Of a stretch of DNA of 27,966 bases, positions 1 through 13,000 are shown in pieces. The translations under genes were made by a program, and so were the position numbers. Each line of letters opens with the position of its first letter. Position 1 is the first letter of the stretch. The stretch is from Piromyces finnis finn (taxonomy: Eukaryota; Fungi; Neocallimastigomycota), in the NCBI GenBank assembly GCA_002104945.1, contig MCFH01000139.1, positions 1-27,966 on the forward strand, given 5' to 3'. A model generated the notes under the pieces. That model was not told where the DNA came from. It saw nothing but the letters and a program-made list of their open reading frames with translations, and searched no databases.

Positions 1-573
1 TGATTATTAAAATTATAAAATATTAATCTAACTATATAATATTTCTTTATTAATAATAATAATAATGATTAAAATAAGAATATTTACATGTATTTATATT
101 TTCTTTTAGATTTAAACTATTTACATTAAAACAATAAAATTAATAACTATTTACAATAAAAGTAATTAGAAATAACAATAAAAGAAATAATTAAAAGTTA
201 AAGAATATAAAAAGTTGTTTATTTTACAATTAATTAAAGTAATAATTATTTTTAATGTTTTAATAAAGGTGTTTAATTATATTATTTTATAACATGAATT
301 ATTATATTTGTTTACTTTTAAAGTGTAATTTACTAACGAAGTTATTAAATATTAATTAACAATTTAATTTAACAAAGTTATATATTTTGATCTCGATTAA
401 TTAAAGTTTTATTTTCTTTCAATAATCAAAATATATGCAGTGTTTAGGATTAATTATTTAAGAATTTTGGTAAAGTACTTAATTAAACTATAACTTGTTT
501 TAAGTTACTTTTAGGGTTAACTTAAAAATCAGGTTTAATAATAATTTTATATTTATTAATTTCATTATTATCA
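1..573 (-). mobile_element. Mirror copy (partial) of V-family LTR V1
   Basis: Reverse complement of 14824-15403; the LTR start TGA lies at 573-571; cut off by the window edge. Confidence 0.75.
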
Positions 574-575
574 AA

Positions 576-1278
576 TGTTACGGTTCGAGGAATTTACTTT
601 TATTTATAAAATATTAATAAATTTATTAATACTCAAAAATAATATTAAAATGAAATAAGAAAAATTGTTTTATTAATAAAATTGTTTTATTAAGATATTA
701 ATATAAATTATAAAATAAAATAAAAATAAAAATAAAAATATCTGTATATTCTCTAATTCTTATAATATACACCTTTTTATACTTTTTGTAAAAAATTAAG
801 TAGTGTTAATTAAAAGAATTAGTCTTTAATTATTTACATAATTTTAGTATTTAAATTACTTTTAAATGAATAATAAAATTACATTACTATTATAATAAAT
901 ATTTATACATATTATTAAATTGATTAACATACATTAAAAGTTTACTTTAAATATATTTAACTAAAAATTTTACTATTTTACAGAAATATTATTCATAATT
1001 TTAATTAATAAAAATTCATTAACTTGATAAATTAAACTAAAAGTTCAATAAACTATAATTTTCAATATATTATTATTACTAAATTAATTTTTAAGTTTAA
1101 TAAAATAAAATTTAAGTTCAATAAAAATAATTATTAATAATTTTAAATATAATTTAAGTGTATACATTAATTTACAAATAAGAATATTGTAAAGTTTTCA
1201 TACATTTAGGAACAATAATGGATTAGGTCATAATCATTAATTATGACAAGAATAACATTATTTGTTGGTTCCTTAACA
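576..1278 (-). mobile_element. 3' LTR (L0) of the Ty3/gypsy element, mirror copy
   Basis: Plus-strand termini TGTTACGG (576) ... CCTTAACA (1278); reverse complement of 14111-14820. Confidence 0.75.
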
Positions 1279-1301
1279 AGTGCCCCCACGAAGACTCTTG
1301 C

Positions 1302-4300
1302 TTACGCAAAAGCAGAGTTAAACTTTACAATATTCTTAAGATGAACATTTCGGTTCATCTGAATTCCAGTGGATATATCAGCTAAAGTAACAGTATTGAA
1401 TTGTTTCTTGACAACTTTGAGTGGTCCAACGAAATAAGGCTCTAACTTCGTTCGATTAAAATTTCTAACTAATACTAGATCACCGATATGGATATTTTTG
1501 CCCTTAGTCATACTTTGTTTTTCTTCCCTTCTAGTAGCCCAGTATTTATTCGCATTTTTAATATTTTCACAAGCTTCCAACGTCCACCTGTAATGATTAA
1601 TAAACTTCTCAAGTAAGATTTCATCCGAAGACTGATTAATACCCTTAGTAGGTCTGGCGGCAATATCAAAGGGTTGCTGATCTTCTCTTCCATAAACCAA
1701 TTCAAAACTAGAATGGTTTGTGACAGTATTTTTAGTAGTTCTGAGCGCCCAAAGAGCAGAAGGCAAAATTTCATCCCAATCCTTGTTTTCTTTCCAAGCA
1801 GTCTTAGAAGCTTTCCAATTTCTTGTTTCTATTTTCAGTCAAACCATTACTTTCAGGATGATAAGTTGAGACAAACTTGACATAGACATCATATAAGTCC
1901 AGGAAAACTTTGGTCATATCTGAGGTAAATTGGACACCGTTATCGGTTGTAATGACTTGTGGTACTCCATGCCGAGAGAAAACATTGATTAAAAATTTTA
2001 TGACATCCTTTGAAGTGATATTTTCGGTGGGTTCTGCTTCGACCCATTTTGTGAAATGATCCACTGCAACTATAATATATTGGTTATTGTTACGAGTTTT
2101 TACCAATGGACCAATGATATCTAAACCCAGATGAGTGAAAGGAGCTTCAACCTCAGTTGGAAGATTTTCCGTAGGTTCTGGATATGGTTGAGGGCGATTA
2201 AGTTGGCATTTTTCACATTTGGCTACAACTCTTCGAATATCATTAACCATGTCGTTCCAATAATAGCTTTTTCTCAGACGTTGATAAGTTTATAATATCC
2301 TTCATGTCCAATGTTATGAGCTTCCAAAATCAATTTCAGCTTTTCATTGGTTTCCGTGATCAGTTTTCGATAATTCCTTCCATCAATAAAGTAATCCACC
2401 CCATCTATTTTGGTGAACTTTTCTTCAACAAATTCTTTAATTACCTTAGATAGCATGGTTTCTTCTATACCTTTATTAATTTTAGTAGCTAACACTTCCT
2501 TATCTTTGTCATTTCTCATTCGAGACAGTGCATCTGCTACAACATTCTTTTTACCTTGTTCATAACGAATATCAACTCCTAGCATACTAGCTGTTAAACA
2601 CCATCTTGTTTGTCTTGCATTGTTTGGCTCCTTATTTTAAATAATCCAATTAATGGTTTATGATCAGTATAGACGATAGTCTTGAATGGACTTCCCATTA
2701 TATAAGGCTTTAATTTAGTAATGCAGTAAAATAAGGCAGTCCCTTCCAAGTCAGTAATTCCATAATTTTTTTCTGCTTTCGTCAGACTTCGGCTAATATA
2801 ATGAATTGGATGTTCAATATCTGTGCCTTCCTTTTGTAATAATACTCCTCCGATTCCTTCATACGATGCATCTGTTCGGATTATAAATTCTTTCTCAAAA
2901 TCAGGGAATTTCAGAATAGGCGCATTAATTAACTTTTCTTTCAATATAATAAAACTCTCTTGTTGTTCATTACACCATTTGAAAGGAACACCTTTTCTAA
3001 GCAGCTTACACAAGGGAGCAGTAAGTTTAGCATAATTAGGAATAAAATCTCTATAATATCCAATTGAACCTAGGAATGATCTTAATTCATGGATATTCGA
3101 AGGAGGTTTCCAATTTTTTATAGCTTGGATTTTGTTATCTAATGGTTTAAGACCTTCTGTAGTTAAACGATGGCCTAACACGTCAACTTCAGTTTGCATA
3201 AAATGACATTTTTCAATATTGATTTTTAGTTTGTTTTCCCGGAAAATTGCTAAAACTTGATTTATATGTTCAATATGTTCTTCAATACTCTTTGAATAGA
3301 TCAGAATATCATCAATGAAGTTATAAACACACTTTCCAATTAACGGAAACAGAATCCGATTCATCTCCCTCTGAAATGTAGCGGGTGCTCCAGTGAGACC
3401 AAAAGGCATAACCTTGAATTGGTAATTTCCAAACTTAGTTGTAAAACTTGTCAATTCAACGCTTTCTTCATCCATAAGGATTTGATGATAGCCGGAATAT
3501 AAGTCCATAGTAGTGAATATAGTTGCACCATGTAAACTATCAAATATCTCATCTATAAAAGGAATTGAATAGGCATCCTTTTCAGACAAATCATTAACTC
3601 TTCGATAGTCCACGCACATTCTCCATTTCCCATTATGCTTCGGGACCAAAACCACCGGAGAAGACCATTCCGAGTACGATGGCTCAATTAGCTTTTTATT
3701 AATCAATTTAGACAATTCTTCCTTAAGTATATCAGATTTGAACTTGGCTAACCTATATGATCTTTGTTTAATTGGCTTTGCTCCTGGCTTTAAATTAATC
3801 TTATGGGGAGTTAAATTCGAAGGTGTTAGTTCTTCAGAAGAAGTAGCAATAATTTCAATATTCTCTTCCAATATCCGAACAATTTGTTCTCGATACTTTT
3901 CATTAAGAGTCTCAGTAAAATTTTTATTGTGAATATATTCTGAAGGTGGTAAACCTTCAATATTTTTCAAATCACTTTTAAAATCTTCATCACCGACTCT
4001 ACGTATCATACACATAATCTTTTCTTCATCATCATATTTGTTATTAATTGGAGCAATATCTTCAATAAATCCATTTGAATTAAATCTGCAAAGACTATAG
4101 CGAAGTGGGTGGATAAATAAGTTGTTATCCATTTGGGTTTTCAAATTAATTAACATATCATAAAAGGGGTCTTCTTTATCCACCACTCTAAAATCAGCAG
4201 TGATTGTAAGATCATTTATCTGGACCGGTACTCTAATAATTATGCCTTCCGAATAGTCATCATTTTTAGTAGCTAAACGTATTCTTCCACAACTCAATCC

Positions 4301-5350
4301 AATAGATTCATATTGATGGGGAAGTTTATCTAAATATTTTTTGTTATAATACTTAAGTTGCTACAGGAATCAACTAATAATTTACCTGGTACCCCATCAA
4401 CCGTTGCATCTACCATAGCGATATCTTCTTCTGATACTTCTTTACTTTTGCTTACATACGAATGATCTACATTATTTACTAATACCGAAGTAGCATTAAA
4501 ATTCTCCAGAGCTCCCACAATTTTTGTGTTGTTCTTTTCCAGTTTAAGACCTTGTGACACTTGCGTTCGTAACTTTGGAGCCGAGTTAAGTAATTGACCA
4601 AAAGTAATATTGCATTTTGTTTCGTTAAGATCTTTAACTACATTATATTCTTCCGTATCTGCTATCATTTGAATATTTCTAGCAGTTTTCTTAACCTTCG
4701 ATTCTGCAGGTTTTTCTTTCTTTTGCTCTTTCATTAATTTATTTAGAGTTGAATTAGAAGTAGATTTGGTTGATTCACTTGTGTTATCTTTCTCTACCAC
4801 CTTAGCACCTTTCTTATCTGTAATTGCAGAAACATTTCTTCTTCATCATAGTCGATAATAATAGGATCTTCATTAGAACTTGCCAATTCATTCTTTTCTT
4901 CTTCCTTTTGTTCACTACTACTAGCACGCTCTTTATCCCGAAGTTTTCTTTCTTTTAGTTTTTGTTCTCTGATATTCGGTTGAGCAATAATAGAAGGATG
5001 CAGTTGCTTAGGAGAAACATCTATTGGTATATTTTCTAATTCTTGTGCTTTACGTTTCCTAAGAGCAGGTGTAAGAATAGGTCTAGGATCATTTTTCAAG
5101 TTTTTGTGAAGTCGTTTTTCTTTATTACATCTTGTTCTTTGCTTATTTTATCCAACTTCCTTTTATTAGCACATACAAAGAACTGTTCATTAATATCAGT
5201 ATCTTCAAAGTCACTTTCGATTTCTTCATCATATTCTTCTTTCGACCAATCACTCTGGCTTGTTGTTTCTTCACTTGGCATTGACTGATACTGAGCTGAA
5301 GCTATTTTATTGACGATGGGAGTGCTTCTTCTCCCACTTAATGATTTAAA
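1302..5350 (-). pseudogene. pol: Ty3/gypsy pol (PR-RT-RNase H-IN), mirror copy broken by several 1-nt frameshifts
   Basis: ORF pieces 5096-5281, 4794-5099, 4330-4800, 2594-4297, 2274-2585, 1804-2250 and 1302-1766 are collinear with the plus-strand pol. Extra breaks at about 4330, 2635, 2288 and 1826 are single-base losses relative to the other arm. Confidence 0.93.
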
Positions 5351-6218
5351 TGATTATCATAATAACGCTTCTTGTTTCCTTCAATAATGGCTTGAAGTTT
5401 TGGGCAATTTTGTTGATAATGACCAGGTTCACTACAGAAGAAACAAGCTTTAATAGTTAAATTTTTCATTTTCTTGACTAGGTTATTCATTTCATCATCT
5501 TTATTAGGCTTTTTGGCTTCAGTAAAAGAAACTTTTCTCTTGTATGGTTGAAAATTATTATAACTTTTGGTTATTGCAGTAGTCGTTGGTAGATTACCAT
5601 CATTATCTATTCTAGTAGATAACCTATCTACCTTCTCAGCTATCTTAAAGGCCTTTTCTAGAGTGATATCATCTTTTAAAGATACTTTTCTCCATGCTTC
5701 TTTATTATTTTGTAAAGAATCTGCATAATCTAACACACTAATCTGCTTCTTCTTTTTCTTATCCAACTTTAAATATAAAGATCTATATCTTCTATTGAAA
5801 TCTTTAACTGATTCATTTCTTCTTATACGTAGTCTTCTTAGTTCCCGTAATAACATACTTTGATCTTCTTTTAACCCATAAAATGTTTCAAGGGCATTGA
5901 TAATTTTCCCAAGTGAGGGATAATCTTCTTCATTAGATTCATTTTTCTGATTCTCTTCTTCATTTTCACTTTCATATTCATCTTCACTATCACTGTCTTT
6001 ATCTTCCAACTCTTGGATTACCTTTCTTGGTTCACCCTTAGAAGTAAGCACACATGCCATGTAAATTTTCTTGGCACTAGTGATATCTTGAAGTTCAATC
6101 CATAAACTTATTTCAGAAGCCCAGGATCTTATGTCCAAATTATCTTTGGAAAGTTTTCTATATCCTTGAGTTCCTTCTTCAACTCCTTGAAATCTATCCT
6201 TGTAGTAGAATTGCTCAT
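5338..6218 (-). CDS. gag: Ty3/gypsy Gag with CCHC zinc knuckle (one frameshift at about 6157)
   Basis: CFFCSEPGHYQQNC = C-X2-C-X4-H-X4-C. The ATG at 6218 corresponds to 9167 on the other arm; an A run is one base shorter near 6157. Confidence 0.88.
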
Positions 6219-6848
6219 TTTCTTGTATTTTCCTTGACCGAATTTATTGCAGTACAAGATGACACAGTATAGACTCAAAAATACCTTTGATAGTCTAAAA
6301 AAAAATTATAAGTTCGAAATTCCTTTATCGACCACTTATTAGTTGTAACCAAGCTCGAAATTCCTTTATCGACCACTTGACAGAATGAGATACAAATAAT
6401 CTAGCACAGCACGTACTACCAATTATTTATTTAAATTTTTAGTATCACTCCTTACTATCTTAGTTCAGTCAGAAAAGATGAAATTATTACTTTTGTTTTC
6501 TGTTTTTCTTATAGTTAATTATTATTTGTTTTCAATTTACTAGCAAGAATTTTAATTTAATATTGTTATTACTGATTCAAGTTACCGACCAAATTATATA
6601 TAATAGACTATTAACTAAGAGTCTTTCGTCCAATGGTAAATGTTGCCGTCACCTTATTCACACGATCTAAGTTCCGTCACGTGCTTCAGGATCTTTCTAC
6701 CACCCCTAGTATACCTCTGTTGATTAGTTAATAAGGCTTGTCTATGCTGATATAACTTGTTTAACTTAAAACAGTAAGAAAAGAATATTTCAATTAGCAA
6801 TATTAAATTACTCGAAGAGAATCAACAAAAAGAATAGATATATATATC

Positions 6849-6891
<43 letters not shown>

Positions 6892-7687
6892 AATTATTAT
6901 TTAAAAACTTATTTCTTTTTATAAAAATATAGGCCAACCTATATAATGTTAAACCATCAAGTATTATAGGTTGTGTAATTCTAAGTGAAAATCCCTCGTA
7001 GCTCTTTGATGATAAGCCACAAATATACCCGATGGTTAATATTAAATATAATTTAATAAAAGGAAGTAACGTAATTAATTTCTTTATTATCACTAACTTA
7101 ATTAGCGGAAAGAAAATAATTGATTATCTTCCCCAATTATCAGATATAATTGAACACCAAAGTATTACGTACAGCAGTTTAACTTGCCACGCTAAGGGTC
7201 ACTTTCGAATTATTTATTTATATTTTAAAAAGAATAATTTTTAAAAATCGTTCAATTAAAAAAAAAATATTTTTTTTTTTTTTTTAAAAAATTATAAATA
7301 CTAAAATAATATTTAATTTATTAAAAATTTGAATTACAATAATAAGTATAGTAGAACAGCATTTCACAGCAATTTCCAATACTTATTTAGGGTGCTTAAG
7401 TAGTTCACAATTGCCCAGCTTACCGTATTACCAGTGTCATGTAGCAATTATGCGAGGCACTTCTATTTCTCTAGCAAAATAGAAAGGTTCAGCGCTTTCC
7501 AGTATCCTACTGTGAAAGATAAACTAGACCTAAAAACTTAACCACTAATTCCTAAATAAGTACTGCTTCTAAAGCGTACTAATTCAGTTCTACTAAAATA
7601 TTATACCTTAAAGCTTCAACAGTAATATAAATATTACCTATAACTTTGAAGGGTAAATAAATTTTTAAGAAATAATAAAATTTTTTA

Positions 7688-7690
<3 letters not shown>

Positions 7691-7727
<37 letters not shown>

Positions 7728-7761
7728 TTATTTTTTTTATTATTTATTTAAAAAAAAAAAA

Positions 7762-7823
<62 letters not shown>
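7691..7823. repeat. Poly-T / poly-A tracts at the palindrome centre
   Basis: T run 7691-7725; A runs 7750-7762 and 7767-7823. Confidence 0.9.
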
Positions 7824-7826
<3 letters not shown>

Positions 7827-8491
7827 AAACTAATTATATTTAGAAAATACTTATTAGAATAGTTTAGTTTTTAGGTCTAGTTATCTTTCACATAATACTG
7901 AAAGCGCTGAACTTTCTATTTTTAGAAAATAGAATGCTCGATATTGTACATACACTGTATACGTAAGCTGGGCAATTGTGAACTACTTAAGCACCTAAAT
8001 AATATTGGAAAATTGCTGTGAAATGCTGTTCTACTATACTTATTATTGTAATTCAATTTTTAATAAATTAAATATTATTTTAGTATTTATAATTTTTTAA
8101 AAAAAAAAAAAAAATATTTTTTTTTTAATTGAACGATTTTTAAAAATTATTCTTTTTAAAATATAAATAAATAATTCGAAAGTGACCCTTAGCGTGGCAA
8201 GTTAAACTGCTGTACGTAATACTTTGGTGTTCAATTATATCTGATAATTGGGGAAGATAATCAATTATTTTCTTTCCGCTAATTAAGTTAGTGATAATAA
8301 AGAAATTAATTACGTTACTTCCTTTTATTAAATTATATTTAATATTAACCATCGGGTATATTTGTGGCTTATCATCAAAGAGCTACGAGGGATTTTCACT
8401 TAGAATTACACAACCTATAATACTTGATGGTTTAACATTATATAGGTTGGCCTATATTTTATAAAAAGAAATAAGTTTTTAAATAATAATT

Positions 8492-8536
<45 letters not shown>

Positions 8537-9166
8537 GATATATATATCTATTCTTTTTGTTGATTCTCTTCGAGTAATTTAATATTGCTAATTGAAATAT
8601 TCTTTTCTTACTGTTTTAAGTTAAACAAGTTATATCAGCATAGACAAGCCTTATTAACTAATCAACAGAGGTATACTAGGGGTGGTAGAAAGATCCTGAA
8701 GCACGTGACGGAACTTAGATCGTGTGAATAAGGTGACGGCAACATTTACCATTGGACGAAAGACTCTTAGTTAATAGTCTATTATATATAATTTGGTCGG
8801 TAACTTGAATCAGTAATAACAATATTAAATTAAAATTCTTGCTAGTAAATTGAAAACAAATAATAATTAACTATAAGAAAAACAGAAAACAAAAGTAATA
8901 ATTTCATCTTTTCTGACTGAACTAAGATAGTAAGGAGTGATACTAAAAATTTAAATAAATAATTGGTAGTACGTGCTGTGCTAGATTATTTGTATCTCAT
9001 TCTGTCAAGTGGTCGATAAAGGAATTTCGAGCTTGGTTACAACTAATAAGTGGTCGATAAAGGAATTTCGAACTTATAATTTTTTTTTAGACTATCAAAG
9101 GTATTTTTGAGTCTATACTGTGTCATCTTGTACTGCAATAAATTCGGTCAAGGAAAATACAAGAAA
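7824..9166 (+). other. Long non-coding 5' leader of the Ty3/gypsy element (5' LTR absent)
   Basis: GC-richer islands separated by poly-A/T tracts upstream of gag; no match to the L0 LTR; mirrored at about 6219-7590. Confidence 0.6.
9007..9071 (+). repeat. Exact 24-nt direct repeat AAGTGGTCGATAAAGGAATTTCGA (9007-9030, 9048-9071)
   Basis: Read directly; mirrored at 6314-6337 and 6355-6378. Confidence 0.9.
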
Positions 9167-10047
9167 ATGAGCAATTCTACTACAAGGATAGATTTCAAGG
9201 AGTTGAAGAAGGAACTCAAGGATATAGAAAAACTTTCCAAAGATAATTTGGACATAAGATCCTGGGCTTCTGAAATAAGTTTATGGATTGAACTTCAAGA
9301 TATCACTAGTGCCAAGAAAATTTACATGGCATGTGTGCTTACTTCTAAGGGTGAACCAAGAAAGGTAATCCAAGAGTTGGAAGATAAAGACAGTGATAGT
9401 GAAGATGAATATGAAAGTGAAAATGAAGAAGAGAATCAGAAAAATGAATCTAATGAAGAAGATTATCCCTCACTTGGGAAAATTATCAATGCCCTTGAAA
9501 CATTTTATGGGTTAAAAGAAGATCAAAGTATGTTATTACGGGAACTAAGAAGACTACGTATAAGAAGAAATGAATCAGTTAAAGATTTCAATAGAAGATA
9601 TAGATCTTTATATTTAAAGTTGGATAAGAAAAAGAAGAAGCAGATTAGTGTGTTAGATTATGCAGATTCTTTACAAAATAATAAAGAAGCATGGAGAAAA
9701 GTATCTTTAAAAGATGATATCACTCTAGAAAAGGCCTTTAAGATAGCTGAGAAGGTAGATAGGTTATCTACTAGAATAGATAATGATGGTAATCTACCAA
9801 CGACTACTGCAATAACCAAAAGTTATAATAATTTTCAACCATACAAGAGAAAAGTTTCTTTTACTGAAGCCAAAAAGCCTAATAAAGATGATGAAATGAA
9901 TAACCTAGTCAAGAAAATGAAAATTTAACTATTAAAGCTTGTTTCTTCTGTAGTGAACCTGGTCATTATCAACAAAATTGCCCAAAACTTCAAGCCATTA
10001 TTGAAGGAAACAAGAAGCGTTATTATGATAATCATTTAAATCATTAA
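9167..10047 (+). CDS. gag: Ty3/gypsy Gag (one homopolymer frameshift at about 9920)
   Basis: MSNSTTRIDFKELKK... ORF. The C-terminus with the CCHC knuckle is in frame on the mirror arm (ATGAAAAATTTA versus ATGAAAATTTA here). Stop TAA at 10045-10047. Confidence 0.88.
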
Positions 10048-10087
10048 GTGGGAGAAGAAGCACTCCCATCGTCAATAAAATAGCTTC
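10035..10087 (+). promoter_or_regulatory. -1 programmed ribosomal frameshift signal (slippery heptamer plus predicted H-type pseudoknot)
   Basis: T TTA AAT (10035-10041) in the gag frame, 6-nt spacer, stem 1 GTGGGAG (10048-54) / CTCCCAT (10063-69), stem 2 GAAGC (10057-61) / GCTTC (10083-87). The -1 frame is open into the pol ORF starting 10104. Mirrored at about 5298-5350. Confidence 0.75.
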
Positions 10088-13000
10088 AGCTCAGTATCAG
10101 TCAATGCCAAGTGAAGAAACAACAAGCCAGAGTGATTGGTCGAAAGAAGAATATGATGAAGAAATCGAAAGTGACTTTGAAGATACTGATATTAATGAAC
10201 AGTTCTTTGTATGTGCTAATAAAAGGAAGTTGGATAAAATAAGCAAAGAACAAGATGTAATAAAGAAAAACGACTTCACAAAAACTTGAAAAATGATCCT
10301 AGACCTATTCTTACACCTGCTCTTAGGAAACGTAAAGCACAAGAATTAGAAAATATACCAATAGATGTTTCTCCTAAGCAACTGCATCCTTCTATTATTG
10401 CTCAACCGAATATCAGAGAACAAAAACTAAAAGAAAGAAAACTTCGGGATAAAGAGCGTGCTAGTAGTAGTGAACAAAAGGAAGAAGAAAAGAATGAATT
10501 GGCAAGTTCTAATGAAGATCCTATTATTATCGACTATGATGAAGAAGAAATGTTTCTGCAATTACAGATAAGAAAGGTGCTAAGGTGGTAGAGAAAGATA
10601 ACACAAGTGAATCAACCAAATCTACTTCTAATTCAACTCTAAATAAATTAATGAAAGAGCAAAAGAAAGAAAAACCTGCAGAATCGAAGGTTAAGAAAAC
10701 TGCTAGAAATATTCAAATGATAGCAGATACGGAAGAATATAATGTAGTTAAAGATCTTAACGAAACAAAATGCAATATTACTTTTGGTCAATTACTTAAC
10801 TCGGCTCCAAAGTTACGAACGCAAGTGTCACAAGGTCTTAAACTGGAAAAGAACAACACAAAAATTGTGGGAGCTCTGGAGAATTTTAATGCTACTTCGG
10901 TATTAGTAAATAATGTAGATCATTCGTATGTAAGCAAAAGTAAAGAAGTATCAGAAGAAGATATCGCTATGGTAGATGCAACGGTTGATGGGGTACCAGG
11001 TAAATTATTAGTTGATTCCTGTAGCAACTTAAGTATTATAACAAAAAAATATTTAGATAAACTTCCCCATCAATATGAATCTATTGGATTGAGTTGTGGA
11101 AGAATACGTTTAGCTACTAAAAATGATGACTATTCGGAAGGCATAATTATTAGAGTACCGGTCCAGATAAATGATCTTACAATCACTGCTGATTTTAGAG
11201 TGGTGGATAAAGAAGACCCCTTTTATGATATGTTAATTAATTTGAAAACCCAAATGGATAACAACTTATTTATCCACCCACTTCGCTATAGTCTTTGCAG
11301 ATTTAATTCAAATGGATTTATTGAAGATATTGCTCCAATTAATAACAAATATGATGATGAAGAAAAGATTATGTGTATGATACGTAGAGTCGGTGATGAA
11401 GATTTAAAAGTGATTTGAAAAATATTGAAGGTTTACCACCTTCAGAATATATTCACAATAAAAATTTTACTGAGACTCTTAATGAAAAGTATCGAGAACA
11501 AATTGTTCGGATATTGGAAGAGAATATTGAAATTATTGCTACTTCTTCTGAAGAACTAACACCTTCGAATTTAACTCCCCATAAGATTAATTTAAAGCCA
11601 GGAGCAAAGCCAATTAAACAAAGATCATATAGGTTAGCCAAGTTCAAATCTGATATACTTAAGGAAGAATTGTCTAAATTGATTAATAAAAAGCTAATTG
11701 AGCCATCGTACTCGGAATGGTCTTCTCCGGTGGTTTTGGTCCCGAAGCATAATGGGAAATGGAGAATGTGCGTGGACTATCGAAGAGTTAATGATTTGTC
11801 TGAAAAGGATGCCTATTCAATTCCTTTTATAGATGAGATATTTGATAGTTTACATGGTGCAACTATATTCACTACTATGGACTTATATTCCGGCTATCAT
11901 CAAATCCTTATGGATGAAGAAAGCGTTGAATTGACAAGTTTTACAACTAAGTTTGGAAATTACCAATTCAAGGTTATGCCTTTTGGTCTCACTGGAGCAC
12001 CCGCTACATTTCAGAGGGAGATGAATCGGATTCTGTTTCCGTTAATTGGAAAGTGTGTTTATAACTTCATTGATGATATTCTGATCTATTCAAAGAGTAT
12101 TGAAGAACATATTGAACATATAAATCAAGTTTTAGCAATTTTCCGGGAAAACAAACTAAAAATCAATATTGAAAAATGTCATTTTATGCAAACTGAAGTT
12201 GACGTGTTAGGCCATCGTTTAACTACAGAAGGTCTTAAACCATTAGATAACAAAATCCAAGCTATAAAAAATTGGAAACCTCCTTCGAATATCCATGAAT
12301 TAAGATCATTCCTAGGTTCAATTGGATATTATAGAGATTTTATTCCTAATTATGCTAAACTTACTGCTCCCTTGTGTAAGCTGCTTAGAAAAGGTGTTCC
12401 TTTCAAATGGTGTAATGAACAACAAGAGAGTTTTATTATATTGAAAGAAAAGTTAATTAATGCGCCTATTCTGAAATTCCCTGATTTTGAGAAAGAATTT
12501 ATAATCCGAACAGATGCATCGTATGAAGGAATCGGAGGAGTATTATTACAAAAGGAAGGCACAGATATTGAACATCCAATTCATTATATTAGCCGAAGTC
12601 TGACGAAAGCAGAAAAAAATTATGGAATTACTGACTTGGAAGGGACTGCCTTATTTTACTGCATTACTAAATTAAAGCCTTATATAATGGGAAGTCCATT
12701 CAAGACTATCGTCTATACTGATCATAAACCATTAATTGGATTATTTAAAAATAAGGAGCCAAACAATGCAAGACAAACAAGATGGTGTTTAACAGCTAGT
12801 ATGCTAGGAGTTGATATTCGTTATGAACAAGGTAAAAAGAATGTTGTAGCAGATGCACTGTCTCGAATGAGAAATGACAAAGATAAGGAAGTGTTAGCTA
12901 CTAAAATTAATAAAGGTATAGAAGAAACCATGCTATCTAAGGTAATTAAAGAATTTGTTGAAGAAAAGTTCACCAAAATAGATGGGGTGGATTACTTTAT

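Noticed and set aside
6890-8352. 67-70 aa ORFs in the leader
   Set aside because: Low-complexity I/L/F/N composition typical of AT-rich non-coding DNA; duplicated only by the palindrome.
9010-9030. tRNA primer-binding site for the large element
   Set aside because: Upstream sequence does not match the 3' LTR, and the reverse complement does not fit tRNA T-arm-to-CCA spacing or any tRNA I recognise. Kept only as a repeat.
12066-12077. FIDD instead of YXDD in RT as a defect
   Set aside because: FIDD/FFDD is common in Ty3/gypsy reverse transcriptases.
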